In this document: positions 8,247-16,026 of the stretch, one piece after another | Layout of the letters: the number at the start of each line of letters is the position of its first letter | Numbering within the stretch: the first letter of the stretch is position 1 | Origin: Eubacteriales bacterium | GTDB lineage: Bacteria; Bacillota; Clostridia; Oscillospirales; CAG-272 | Direction: 5' to 3' | DNA length: 64,000 nucleotides | Assembly (NCBI GenBank): GCA_045612185.1 | Contig: JAZKYO010000030.1 | Location: 18,506-82,505 of the forward strand | Translations under genes and position numbers: made by a program | The notes under the pieces: generated by a model | Told to the model about the DNA's origin: nothing | Seen by the model: only the letters and a program-made list of their open reading frames with translations | The model's database searches: none

Positions 8247-10304
8247 TTACGCCTCCTGGGTCTTTCTGTATTCTTCTACTATCTTTGCCGCAATGTTTCC
8301 GGGAACAACCTCGTATCCCGTAACGTTAAAGTCAAAGGAACCGCGTCCTTGTGTCATAGCGCGAAGCACGATAGGATACTCTGCAAGCTCTGCCTTAGGA
8401 GCGATAGCGTTAATGGTTGTGTATCCCACCATTTCGGCTGTATCCATACCCATAACGCTTCCACGGCGCTTATTAAGGTCTCCCATAATATCGCCCACAA
8501 GGTCATCGGGAATGGTTATCGTAAGGTCGCCCACAGGCTCGAGAAGCACGGGAGCAGCCTGCTTCAAGCACTCTTTATACGCAAGGTTAGCCGCAAGCTT
8601 GAAGGAGATTTCGTTAGAGTCAACGTCGTGATAAGATCCGTCGTAAAGGTCAGCCGCAAGGTGAATTACGGGGAATCCCGCAACGCCCTTTGCCATAGCC
8701 TCCTGAAGGCCCTTTTCTACTGCCGGGAAGTAGTTCTTGGGAACTGCTCCGCCGACAACCGACTCTGTGAACGTAAGTCCCTCAGCCTCACCGGGAGAGA
8801 ACGTAATCTTAACGTGACCGTACTGACCGCTTCCGCCCGACTGCTTCTTATGCTTACCTTCAACCTGAACCTTCTTTGTTATCTTTTCACGGTAAGCCAG
8901 TCTGGGCTCGCTAAGGTTTACAGTTACACCAAAGCGTGCTTTAAGCTTAGATACAAGGCACGCAAGGTGCATATCACCAAGGCCCGAAATAAGCATCTGC
9001 TTTGTTTCTGCGTTGTTTTCATATCCGATTGTAAGGTCCTCTTCAAGCAGCTTTGCGATACCCTGAGAAATCTTGCCCTCGTCGCCCTTCGCCGCCGGCG
9101 TCATCGCCTGGGTATAGTAGGGCTTGGGATAACGGATAGGAAGGTATGCTCTTGTTCCACCGAGCGAGAGTGTATCGTTTGTATCTGTATCAACAAGCTT
9201 TGCAACCATACCGATATCACCGCAAGCAAGCTCGTCTACCTCAACCTGTGTCTTGCCCTTAACTGTGTATATATGTGAGAACTTCTCGGCAACTCCGCTA
9301 CGGCTGTTCTTAAGCACCATATCGCGTTTGAGAGTACCGCTCATAACCTTGAAGAAAGACATTTTTCCTACGAACTGGTCGGCAACTGTCTTGAATACGA
9401 ATACCGAGGCGTCTCCCTCAACTTCGATGGGAAGAAGTGTACCGTCAGCAAGCTTTTCGTTCTTCTTTGCCGTAAAGCGCGGGAAGGACTCGGAGATAGC
9501 GTCAAGCATTGCGATAACGCCCCATACATTTGTTGCCGAACCGCAATAAACGGGAGTGATAGTACCGTCGATGATACCCTGGTGAAGAGCCTCAACAGCC
9601 TCCTCCTTAGTAATCTCCTCACCGTTGAAGTACTTTTCCATAAGCGCGTCGCTTGTACCCGCAAGGGCCTCGTTAAGCGCTTCCTTATACTGAGCCACAA
9701 CTTCCTCAAAGCGAGCTTCCATCGGGATTTCCCATCGCTTACCGCAGGAGTCGTACTTATACGCCTTCATTGCTACAAGGTCAAGCATTGTAACGTCTTT
9801 ACCGTATTCTACGGGTACGAAAACGGGACAAACCGTTCTTCCGAACTTATAGTCAAGCTCTTTGAATACGCGGTCAAAATTAGCCTCGTTATCGTCGCAT
9901 TTATTTACAAAGAAAACCTTGGGAACGCCGTATGCGGTCGCGCTGTTCCAAGCAAGCTCCGTACCAACCTCAACGCCTGCCTTGGCGTCAACTGTGATAA
10001 CCGCGCTTCCCGCAACTCTGAGCGCCTGATTAGCCTCTCCCACAAAATCAAGGTAACCGGGAGTATCTATAATATTTATCTTGATGTTTTTCCACTCAAC
10101 AGGAGCTATCGATGCCGAAAGCGTAAAGCCTTTTTTAATTTCTTCCGCGTCATAGTCGCAAACTGTATTTCCGTCAGCAACCTTACCGAGTCTGTCGGAG
10201 CCTCCCGTAATATAAATCAAAGCCTCTGCAAGCGACGTTTTTCCGCTTCCGCCATGTCCGAGCAGCGCTAAATTTCTGATTGATTTTGTATCAAACTTTG
10301 CCAT
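8247..10304 (-). CDS. EF-G family translational GTPase, EF-G2-like paralog
   Basis: G1 is 'GHGGSGKTSL', G3 is 'IDTPGYLDF' and G4 is 'NKCD'. The length (685 aa) and C-terminal domains IV/V are EF-G-like. It stands alone with its own promoter and terminator, and is not in an rpsL-rpsG-fusA-tuf context. Confidence 0.8.
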   Translation of the reverse strand: MAKFDTKSIRNLALLGHGGSGKTSLAEALIYITGGSDRLGKVADGNTVCDYDAEEIKKGFTLSASIAPVEWKNIKINIIDTPGYLDFVGEANQALRVAGSAVITVDAKAGVEVGTELAWNSATAYGVPKVFFVNKCDDNEANFDRVFKELDYKFGRTVCPVFVPVEYGKDVTMLDLVAMKAYKYDSCGKRWEIPMEARFEEVVAQYKEALNEALAGTSDALMEKYFNGEEITKEEAVEALHQGIIDGTITPVYCGSATNVWGVIAMLDAISESFPRFTAKKNEKLADGTLLPIEVEGDASVFVFKTVADQFVGKMSFFKVMSGTLKRDMVLKNSRSGVAEKFSHIYTVKGKTQVEVDELACGDIGMVAKLVDTDTNDTLSLGGTRAYLPIRYPKPYYTQAMTPAAKGDEGKISQGIAKLLEEDLTIGYENNAETKQMLISGLGDMHLACLVSKLKARFGVTVNLSEPRLAYREKITKKVQVEGKHKKQSGGSGQYGHVKITFSPGEAEGLTFTESVVGGAVPKNYFPAVEKGLQEAMAKGVAGFPVIHLAADLYDGSYHDVDSNEISFKLAANLAYKECLKQAAPVLLEPVGDLTITIPDDLVGDIMGDLNKRRGSVMGMDTAEMVGYTTINAIAPKAELAEYPIVLRAMTQGRGSFDFNVTGYEVVPGNIAAKIVEEYRKTQEA

Positions 10305-10420
10305 AGGTGTGTTACCATCCCGCTCTCCGTTATTACGGGGAGACGGCCTTTCTATTAGATTTTATCCACAAAGAATTCCAAAATTAATGTCTTTTTTTGT
10401 TCACCTTGCTGATTATATTA

Positions 10421-10449
10421 ATTATATACCATAAACTCCGATTTTTCAA
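10421..10449 (-). promoter_or_regulatory. promoter of the EF-G2-like gene
   Basis: Minus strand reads TTGAAA-17-TATAAT. It leaves a ~115-nt leader. Confidence 0.55.
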
Positions 10450-10524
10450 GAGTTTTTTGGCACTTTTTTGCCGTCAAAACGTAGAAACGCACCTTATTTT
10501 TTTGTAAATTTTGCACAACATTGT

Positions 10525-10572
10525 TAAAAAAACAATACTTTTATGTACAAATTGCACACAAAAGTATTGTTT
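10525..10572 (-). terminator. terminator of GH-like paralog 1
   Basis: The 13-bp stem is aaacaatactttt/aaaagtattgttt with a 17-nt loop, followed by a U-run on the minus strand. Confidence 0.6.
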
Positions 10573-10593
10573 CCACCACTTATATGGCACGGT

Positions 10594-12834
10594 TTATCTT
10601 TCATCGAAAAAGCTTATAAGATTATACTTTTGACCGTTAAGCTCCTTCATATATTCGGTAAGTTCTGTATACTCCTCACCACGGTTTGACATAATGCCTT
10701 TATTGGCGTTACGGTTTGAGGGGTCCGCGCTTAGGTTATCTGGGTCATTATCCCAATACTGAAACCAATCGAAACCTACGCATCCTTTACATTCAAGAAG
10801 CGAGAGCGCATAGTTCTGATAGAATCTTCCGCGGTCTGCCTGAGTTCTAACAGTCCAGCCCGCGCCCGACACGTTTGTCATTCGGTTATCCTTTTCCCAC
10901 GTATCCAGTCCCTTTGCGTACCACTCGGTAACCGCGAAGGGGCGACCTGACCACTTTTGAAGATTTTCCACTACGCTTGCCTTGGCATCCCACGCACCGT
11001 AATAGTTAAGCGAGATAATGTCGCAATAATATCCGGCAACGCGCACTATATATTCGTCAAGATAACAGCCCGGAGTAAATCGGCTTCCGAAATATTGGTG
11101 CATAGGAACATATTTATCAAGGCACAGCTTTGCCACGCTAAAATATTTATCGTATACCATGGCACGGTATTCCAAACGTAACTCGTCGGTTATATCAGCA
11201 AGCGACACGTTGGCTTTACCTGTTTTCATGTACATAAAAGTCCAGGCGGTGGCATAGGTATGAGCCCACTTAGGGTCGCTCGGGTCTTTTTTAAGCGAAA
11301 AATCCAAGGTGTTAATCTCGGACGGCAACTCGTTATCCGAGAACCATCCAAAAACTTCGGATGCGCCCGCATAGCCATTAGTTTTTTCCGCCGTACTTTT
11401 CATTGCTGATGTCACAAATGCGGGATCAAACACAGGCATAACGTTTTCGCTGTATTTGGTATCTCCCGGTGTTGGCAATCTGATTCCCACCGAGGTTGCG
11501 TACGTACTCATAATATTCCAGCGCTCGGTTTGTGAAAGAGGATTATCCGCGTTTATTAGATTTGCGATATCCGACCAGTTACCCGCAGAATTGAATCCAA
11601 GCGCACGCAATCGCTCCGTTGCCGCTTGCGCCCAGTTTTCTATATTTTCGTATTTGGAAAGAGTAAGAGATTTCTGATTTTTGGAATCCCCGTGCACAAT
11701 ACCAACGCAAGCCGTGCGGTAAAACGGATATCCAAGTGGGTCTATCACCCACCAACGTTCACCTATTTTTTTAGTATAGAAATATCCCGTCGCCTCCTGC
11801 TTTAAAGCTTCGTTCACAAGTCCTCCGTAGACGTCATACTCGGCTGTCTCGGAAAAGTCGGGAACATAGCCGTCAAGGGTGGACACAAGTCTTGTCGGAT
11901 GAGACGTATATCTGGTATTATAGCCATCGGTTCCTGCGGCAAGACAGGCGTCGGTAGTAACGCTATACTCATTTTCACGCTTAACCACGGTTTGGGCATC
12001 TGAGTCTCCACCGTTTTTAATGGATTCCCATCTTCCAAGCCAATCCGAAACGTTCTGCATAGCTAACGTCCAAGGATTTTCTCCATCATACGCGATATCG
12101 GTGGTATAAGCATAGTCACCGCAAGTGACATTTAAAAAGGCGCTTCTTCCCTCTTGGCGTTCTTTGGAGCTGAAATTCAGACGCTTCATTGAGCTGACAT
12201 CCCCCTCAAGAACAAAAGAAATCTCCGAATCTTTAAAACTGAGACATTTCAGCACGTAATCGGTAACGTCTATATTTACAAGTCCTTTTCCGCTAACGAA
12301 AACAGACGTCACAAATTCATCTTTTTCGGGGCGGGTTGAGTAGGTTACTGTTTCCTCCTTCCAAGCACTAGGGTCACATCCGTACACAAGCACCTCGGTA
12401 GAATACCCCGGCGTTTCAAGCACAAAGCAATCAAGTGTTAAGGTTACCGAAATAACCCCTTCTTGCGGTAGGCTTGAAATGTCAAATTTAAGCAAGGGCG
12501 TTCTATAATAGCTTTCATATTTTTGGGGTTCGTCAGCGTTAAGCGCTTTAAAGTCCATCATTTCGGAAAATCCGAAATTCTTATTTGCGGAAACTCCTCC
12601 CTCAACGTAGGTGTCCTCAAGAACGGGAACAGTAAACGTATCGGTTTGAGTAATTCCCACAAGGGAATCAAGTCCGCTGATTATTATCTGTTCATCAAGT
12701 GCGCTATTCCATTCATCGGAAACAGCGGTTTGCGGTGCGGCGGCTGTTTCTCCCCTCTCGGTTGTATCTATTGGGGCGCCGCACCCCGAAAGCAATAATA
12801 ATGTTGCCATAAAAAGGAATATAAATTTTTTCAC
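10594..12834 (-). CDS. lipoprotein: one DNRLRE/CBM96-like module plus a conserved putative clan GH-A glycoside hydrolase domain (paralog 1 of 4)
   Basis: The GTG start is preceded by GGAGAG. The lipobox is 'LLLSGC'. The module is 'EDTYVEGGVSANKNFG...YYRTPLLKFDISSL...VYGCDPSAWKEETVTYSTRP'. The C-terminal domain carries 'GWFSDNELP' and 'FAVTEWYAKG', ending in '...FDWFQYWDNDP...'. Confidence 0.6.
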   Translation of the reverse strand: MKKFIFLFMATLLLLSGCGAPIDTTERGETAAAPQTAVSDEWNSALDEQIIISGLDSLVGITQTDTFTVPVLEDTYVEGGVSANKNFGFSEMMDFKALNADEPQKYESYYRTPLLKFDISSLPQEGVISVTLTLDCFVLETPGYSTEVLVYGCDPSAWKEETVTYSTRPEKDEFVTSVFVSGKGLVNIDVTDYVLKCLSFKDSEISFVLEGDVSSMKRLNFSSKERQEGRSAFLNVTCGDYAYTTDIAYDGENPWTLAMQNVSDWLGRWESIKNGGDSDAQTVVKRENEYSVTTDACLAAGTDGYNTRYTSHPTRLVSTLDGYVPDFSETAEYDVYGGLVNEALKQEATGYFYTKKIGERWWVIDPLGYPFYRTACVGIVHGDSKNQKSLTLSKYENIENWAQAATERLRALGFNSAGNWSDIANLINADNPLSQTERWNIMSTYATSVGIRLPTPGDTKYSENVMPVFDPAFVTSAMKSTAEKTNGYAGASEVFGWFSDNELPSEINTLDFSLKKDPSDPKWAHTYATAWTFMYMKTGKANVSLADITDELRLEYRAMVYDKYFSVAKLCLDKYVPMHQYFGSRFTPGCYLDEYIVRVAGYYCDIISLNYYGAWDAKASVVENLQKWSGRPFAVTEWYAKGLDTWEKDNRMTNVSGAGWTVRTQADRGRFYQNYALSLLECKGCVGFDWFQYWDNDPDNLSADPSNRNANKGIMSNRGEEYTELTEYMKELNGQKYNLISFFDER

Positions 12835-12866
12835 AAATATTGCTCTCCTCTACAAGTATATTCATT

Positions 12867-12895
12867 ATTATAGCAGATTTTTATTTTAAAATCAA
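12867..12895 (-). promoter_or_regulatory. promoter of GH-like paralog 1
   Basis: Minus strand reads TTGATT-17-TATAAT. Confidence 0.5.
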
Positions 12896-12942
12896 TATCC
12901 TAAAGGCAATTTAACTTCTTTTGCAACGCAACCGCATAAAGG

Positions 12943-12970
12943 AATCCCCACGACAAAAGCCGTGGGGATT
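12943..12970 (-). terminator. hairpin after GH-like paralog 2
   Basis: aatccccacg-acaaaagc-cgtggggatt. The U-tract is weak. Confidence 0.5.
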
Positions 12971-12974
12971 AAAA

Positions 12975-15875
12975 TTATCGCGCGTCGAAATACTTTATAA
13001 GATTGTACTTTTGGTTATTAAGCTCTTCCATATACTTGGTAAGTTCTGTATATTCATCTCCGCTGTTGGAGAGAATACCCTTATTGGCGTTACGGTTTGA
13101 AAGGTCGGTGGTAAGGTCCTCGGGGTCGTTATCCCAAAGCTTGAACCAGTCAAAGCCAACGCATCCCTTGCACTCAAGCAACTGAAGCGCATAGTTCTGA
13201 TAGAATCTTCCGCGGTCTGCCTGAGTTCTTACCGTCCAGCCCGCACCAGACTTATTTGTCATACGGTTATCGGCTTCCCAAACATCCATTCCCTTTGCGT
13301 ACCACTCGGTAATAACAAAAGGTTTTCCTGCCCACTTCTGAATGTTGGCAATAACGTTAGGCTCAGCCTCCCACACACCGTAATAGTTAAGCGTAATAAG
13401 GTCACACCAATATCCCGCAACGCGGAGAACATACTCATCCTTATAGCATCCCGCCAAGAAGCGACATCCCATATACTGGTGATTTGGGGCATACTTATCA
13501 AGAGCCTTGCAGGTAAGTGAGAACAGTCTGTCGTAAACCATTGCGCGATACTCTTTTCTGAGTTCGTCAGTCAAATCCGCTGCAGACACAGAAGTTTTAC
13601 CCGTTTTCATATACATAAACGTCCATGCGGTAGCATAAGAATAGATAAATCTCATGTCAGTCGGGTCAAAAGCAAGAGTATTATCAAGCATATTGGTTTC
13701 ATCCGGAAGCTCGTTGTCACTCATCCATCCATATATATCCGAAGAATCGGCGTATTTGCTTACCGTAGAATTAACCTTTGTATCAACGTATTTGGCAAAA
13801 TCGGGATCAAACACGGGAAGCGCGTTACCTACAAGATCGGTGCTTCCGCTTTGGCTGATGTTGAGCCCCATTGTGGAAGCATAAGAGCCAACAAGTCCGA
13901 TTATCTGTGTTTGAGCAAGCGGCTTTTCAGATTTGATAAGAGTATCAATTGTAGACCATCCGCCCGTTGAGTTAAATCCAATCTCGTGGAGGCGGTCGGT
14001 TATTGCCTGAGCCCAGTTTGCGGCATCACCGTATTTAGCCAACGTTCTGGCTTTTTGGGCACTGTTACCCATTGATACGTTAACGATGGCAGTTCTGAAG
14101 AAAGGATATCCAAGTGGGTCGATTGTCCACCATCTGTCACCAATCTTCTTAGTATAAAAGAATCCTGTTGCCTCCTGCTTCATGGACTCATCCATAAAGC
14201 CACCGTACACGTCGTACTTCTTTGTCTCAGAGGTGTTGGCGGTATAGCCCTTAAGAGTGTCTATATTTCTTGTTTTATACTGTGAATACTTGGTTTCCGC
14301 ACCATTTGTACCGCCTGAACGGGTTGCGTCAACTGTAAGGGTATATTCTGCGGGATCCTTAACTAATACTTTGGCATCAGGATCTCCGCCCTTCTTAATT
14401 TCTTCCCATCTGTCAAACCACTCACTAACAACGTCCATAGCTACCTGCCAAGGATTTTCTCCCTTGTAGTGAACGTAGGTGGAAAATGCCAGATCACCGT
14501 TTGAAATATTAAGCACGGGACCGCCCTTATCACTTTCATTAGACGAGAATTTAAGGCGGCGAATAGAATCGGCATCACCTTCAAGGTAGAAGGCAATCTC
14601 CTTTTCTCCAAACTCGCGACACATATTAACGTAGTCAGTAACATCAACGTAAACGTTGCCAGTACTCTTTACAACAACCGTATTTATAAGTTCTTCCCTA
14701 TCGGGGATGGAATTATACGTTACGCTACTTTCTTGCCACTGCGCGGGATTACATCCGTACACGTGGACCGTGGTGGGAATTGACGTATTTTCCATACTGA
14801 TACAGTTAAGCACGAGAGCCGCATAGCCCGTTGATTCGGGAATATTTGATATATCAAATTTGATAAGCGAGACTCTGTAATAGTTATTTATTGTAGAAGT
14901 GGCAGCCTTGAAATCAATAAGCTCAGCTCCGCCAAAGTTGGTGTCTGCCGAGGTTCCCGCCTCGACGTAAGTATCCTCTTTAGCTTTAAGCGTCAGCATT
15001 TCGCCCTTATCCTGACCAAGTATAACGTCAAGACCGTTCTTTGAAAGGTCGGGATCTCCAAGCTCTGTCTTTCCGCTGTAAGTCTGTTCGTCAACCTTTG
15101 TTCCGTAGTAAACGCTAAGCTTGGGGATATTTTCTCCGCTTTCCTTAGACGCAAATTTTAAGCGAAGCGGTGTTACGGGGGTCGCCTCCTTTAAATAGAG
15201 GGCTATTTCGGTCTGACCGTTTGCAAGCGCCTTTCTTACATAGTCGGTAATCGCAAAGCTTGTGGTAATCTTTTGAGTACTGATGGCGTTTTGCGAGGTA
15301 ATGAGGTCAAAAGACATCGGTTGGTTATTGAAGGTAACTTCCTCACCTTTCCACTCAGTTTCACATCCGTACACCTCAACTGCGGCAAGCTCGGGATTTC
15401 CCGCGTCATTCTGTCTCCACGTAAGGGTAAGGTCAAGATCTATGCAAGTGAAATCGTTATCGCCCACAAGCGAAGAAATATCAAACTTAAGATATCCGTA
15501 TCTTGTAAGGCTGTTTTTATTTGACTTCAAATCAATAAGAACGTCGGTAGAAAAGCTTTTTTTAGACTGATCTCCCGAGTTGTCTTTATTAAGTACGTAG
15601 GTATCCTCCTTAACGTCAATTGAATAGTCAAAGCGATCAACCTTTACGGGTGGCTCTGTTTCGGGTGGATCTGTTTCAGGGGGATTGGTTTCAACAGGCG
15701 TTGATTCCTTTGGGTCGGTTTCCTGCTGACCATTATCGTCAGGGGTTGTATCCTGCGCGTCGGTGACATCGGGAGCATCCGTAACTTCGGGAGTTGAAGT
15801 TATGTCGTCCACCGCAGGGGCACAGCCTGCAAGCTGCATAAGAAGCGCAAGTAAGATGGCAACGATTTTTTTCAT
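12975..15875 (-). CDS. lipoprotein: two DNRLRE/CBM96-like modules plus putative clan GH-A glycoside hydrolase domain (paralog 2 of 4)
   Basis: The lipobox is 'QLAGC', followed by a T/P/D/E linker. The modules contain 'TRYGYLKFDISSL' and 'YYRVSLIKFDISNI'. The C-terminal domain has 'GWMSDNELP' and 'FVITEWYAKG'. Confidence 0.6.
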   Translation of the reverse strand: MKKIVAILLALLMQLAGCAPAVDDITSTPEVTDAPDVTDAQDTTPDDNGQQETDPKESTPVETNPPETDPPETEPPVKVDRFDYSIDVKEDTYVLNKDNSGDQSKKSFSTDVLIDLKSNKNSLTRYGYLKFDISSLVGDNDFTCIDLDLTLTWRQNDAGNPELAAVEVYGCETEWKGEEVTFNNQPMSFDLITSQNAISTQKITTSFAITDYVRKALANGQTEIALYLKEATPVTPLRLKFASKESGENIPKLSVYYGTKVDEQTYSGKTELGDPDLSKNGLDVILGQDKGEMLTLKAKEDTYVEAGTSADTNFGGAELIDFKAATSTINNYYRVSLIKFDISNIPESTGYAALVLNCISMENTSIPTTVHVYGCNPAQWQESSVTYNSIPDREELINTVVVKSTGNVYVDVTDYVNMCREFGEKEIAFYLEGDADSIRRLKFSSNESDKGGPVLNISNGDLAFSTYVHYKGENPWQVAMDVVSEWFDRWEEIKKGGDPDAKVLVKDPAEYTLTVDATRSGGTNGAETKYSQYKTRNIDTLKGYTANTSETKKYDVYGGFMDESMKQEATGFFYTKKIGDRWWTIDPLGYPFFRTAIVNVSMGNSAQKARTLAKYGDAANWAQAITDRLHEIGFNSTGGWSTIDTLIKSEKPLAQTQIIGLVGSYASTMGLNISQSGSTDLVGNALPVFDPDFAKYVDTKVNSTVSKYADSSDIYGWMSDNELPDETNMLDNTLAFDPTDMRFIYSYATAWTFMYMKTGKTSVSAADLTDELRKEYRAMVYDRLFSLTCKALDKYAPNHQYMGCRFLAGCYKDEYVLRVAGYWCDLITLNYYGVWEAEPNVIANIQKWAGKPFVITEWYAKGMDVWEADNRMTNKSGAGWTVRTQADRGRFYQNYALQLLECKGCVGFDWFKLWDNDPEDLTTDLSNRNANKGILSNSGDEYTELTKYMEELNNQKYNLIKYFDAR

Positions 15876-15904
15876 ATTCTTTCCTCCAAAAATATACTTG
15901 TTTA

Positions 15905-15933
15905 ATTATACCATATAATGTTCTTTTTGTCTA
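15905..15933 (-). promoter_or_regulatory. promoter of GH-like paralog 2
   Basis: Minus strand reads TAGACA-17-TATAAT, in the -10 context GGTATAATTAAA. Confidence 0.5.
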
Positions 15934-15992
15934 TACTTTTTATACATTTCTCATAATTTCATAATTTTCCGCAATTAATCCTTAAAGACTGT

Positions 15993-16021
15993 AAAAAGCC
16001 CTCGGCATGCGTGCCGAGGGC
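15993..16021 (-). terminator. terminator of GH-like paralog 3
   Basis: gccctcggca-tgcg-tgccgagggc, followed by U5 on the minus strand. Confidence 0.8.
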
Positions 16022-16026
16022 TGATA

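Noticed and set aside
8247-10304. Tet(M)/Tet(O)-type ribosomal protection protein
   Set aside because: The length (685 aa), the GHGGSGKT G1 motif and the full EF-G-like domain IV/V region fit EF-G2-type paralogs better than ~640-aa Tet(M) proteins. No resistance-element context is present.
10305-10420. Possible riboswitch or leader in the ~115-nt 5' UTR of the EF-G2-like gene (imperfect hairpin CCGUCUCC…GGAGAGCGG near the start codon)
   Set aside because: There is only a short imperfect stem, no terminator-like U-tract and no motif I recognise. The evidence is insufficient.
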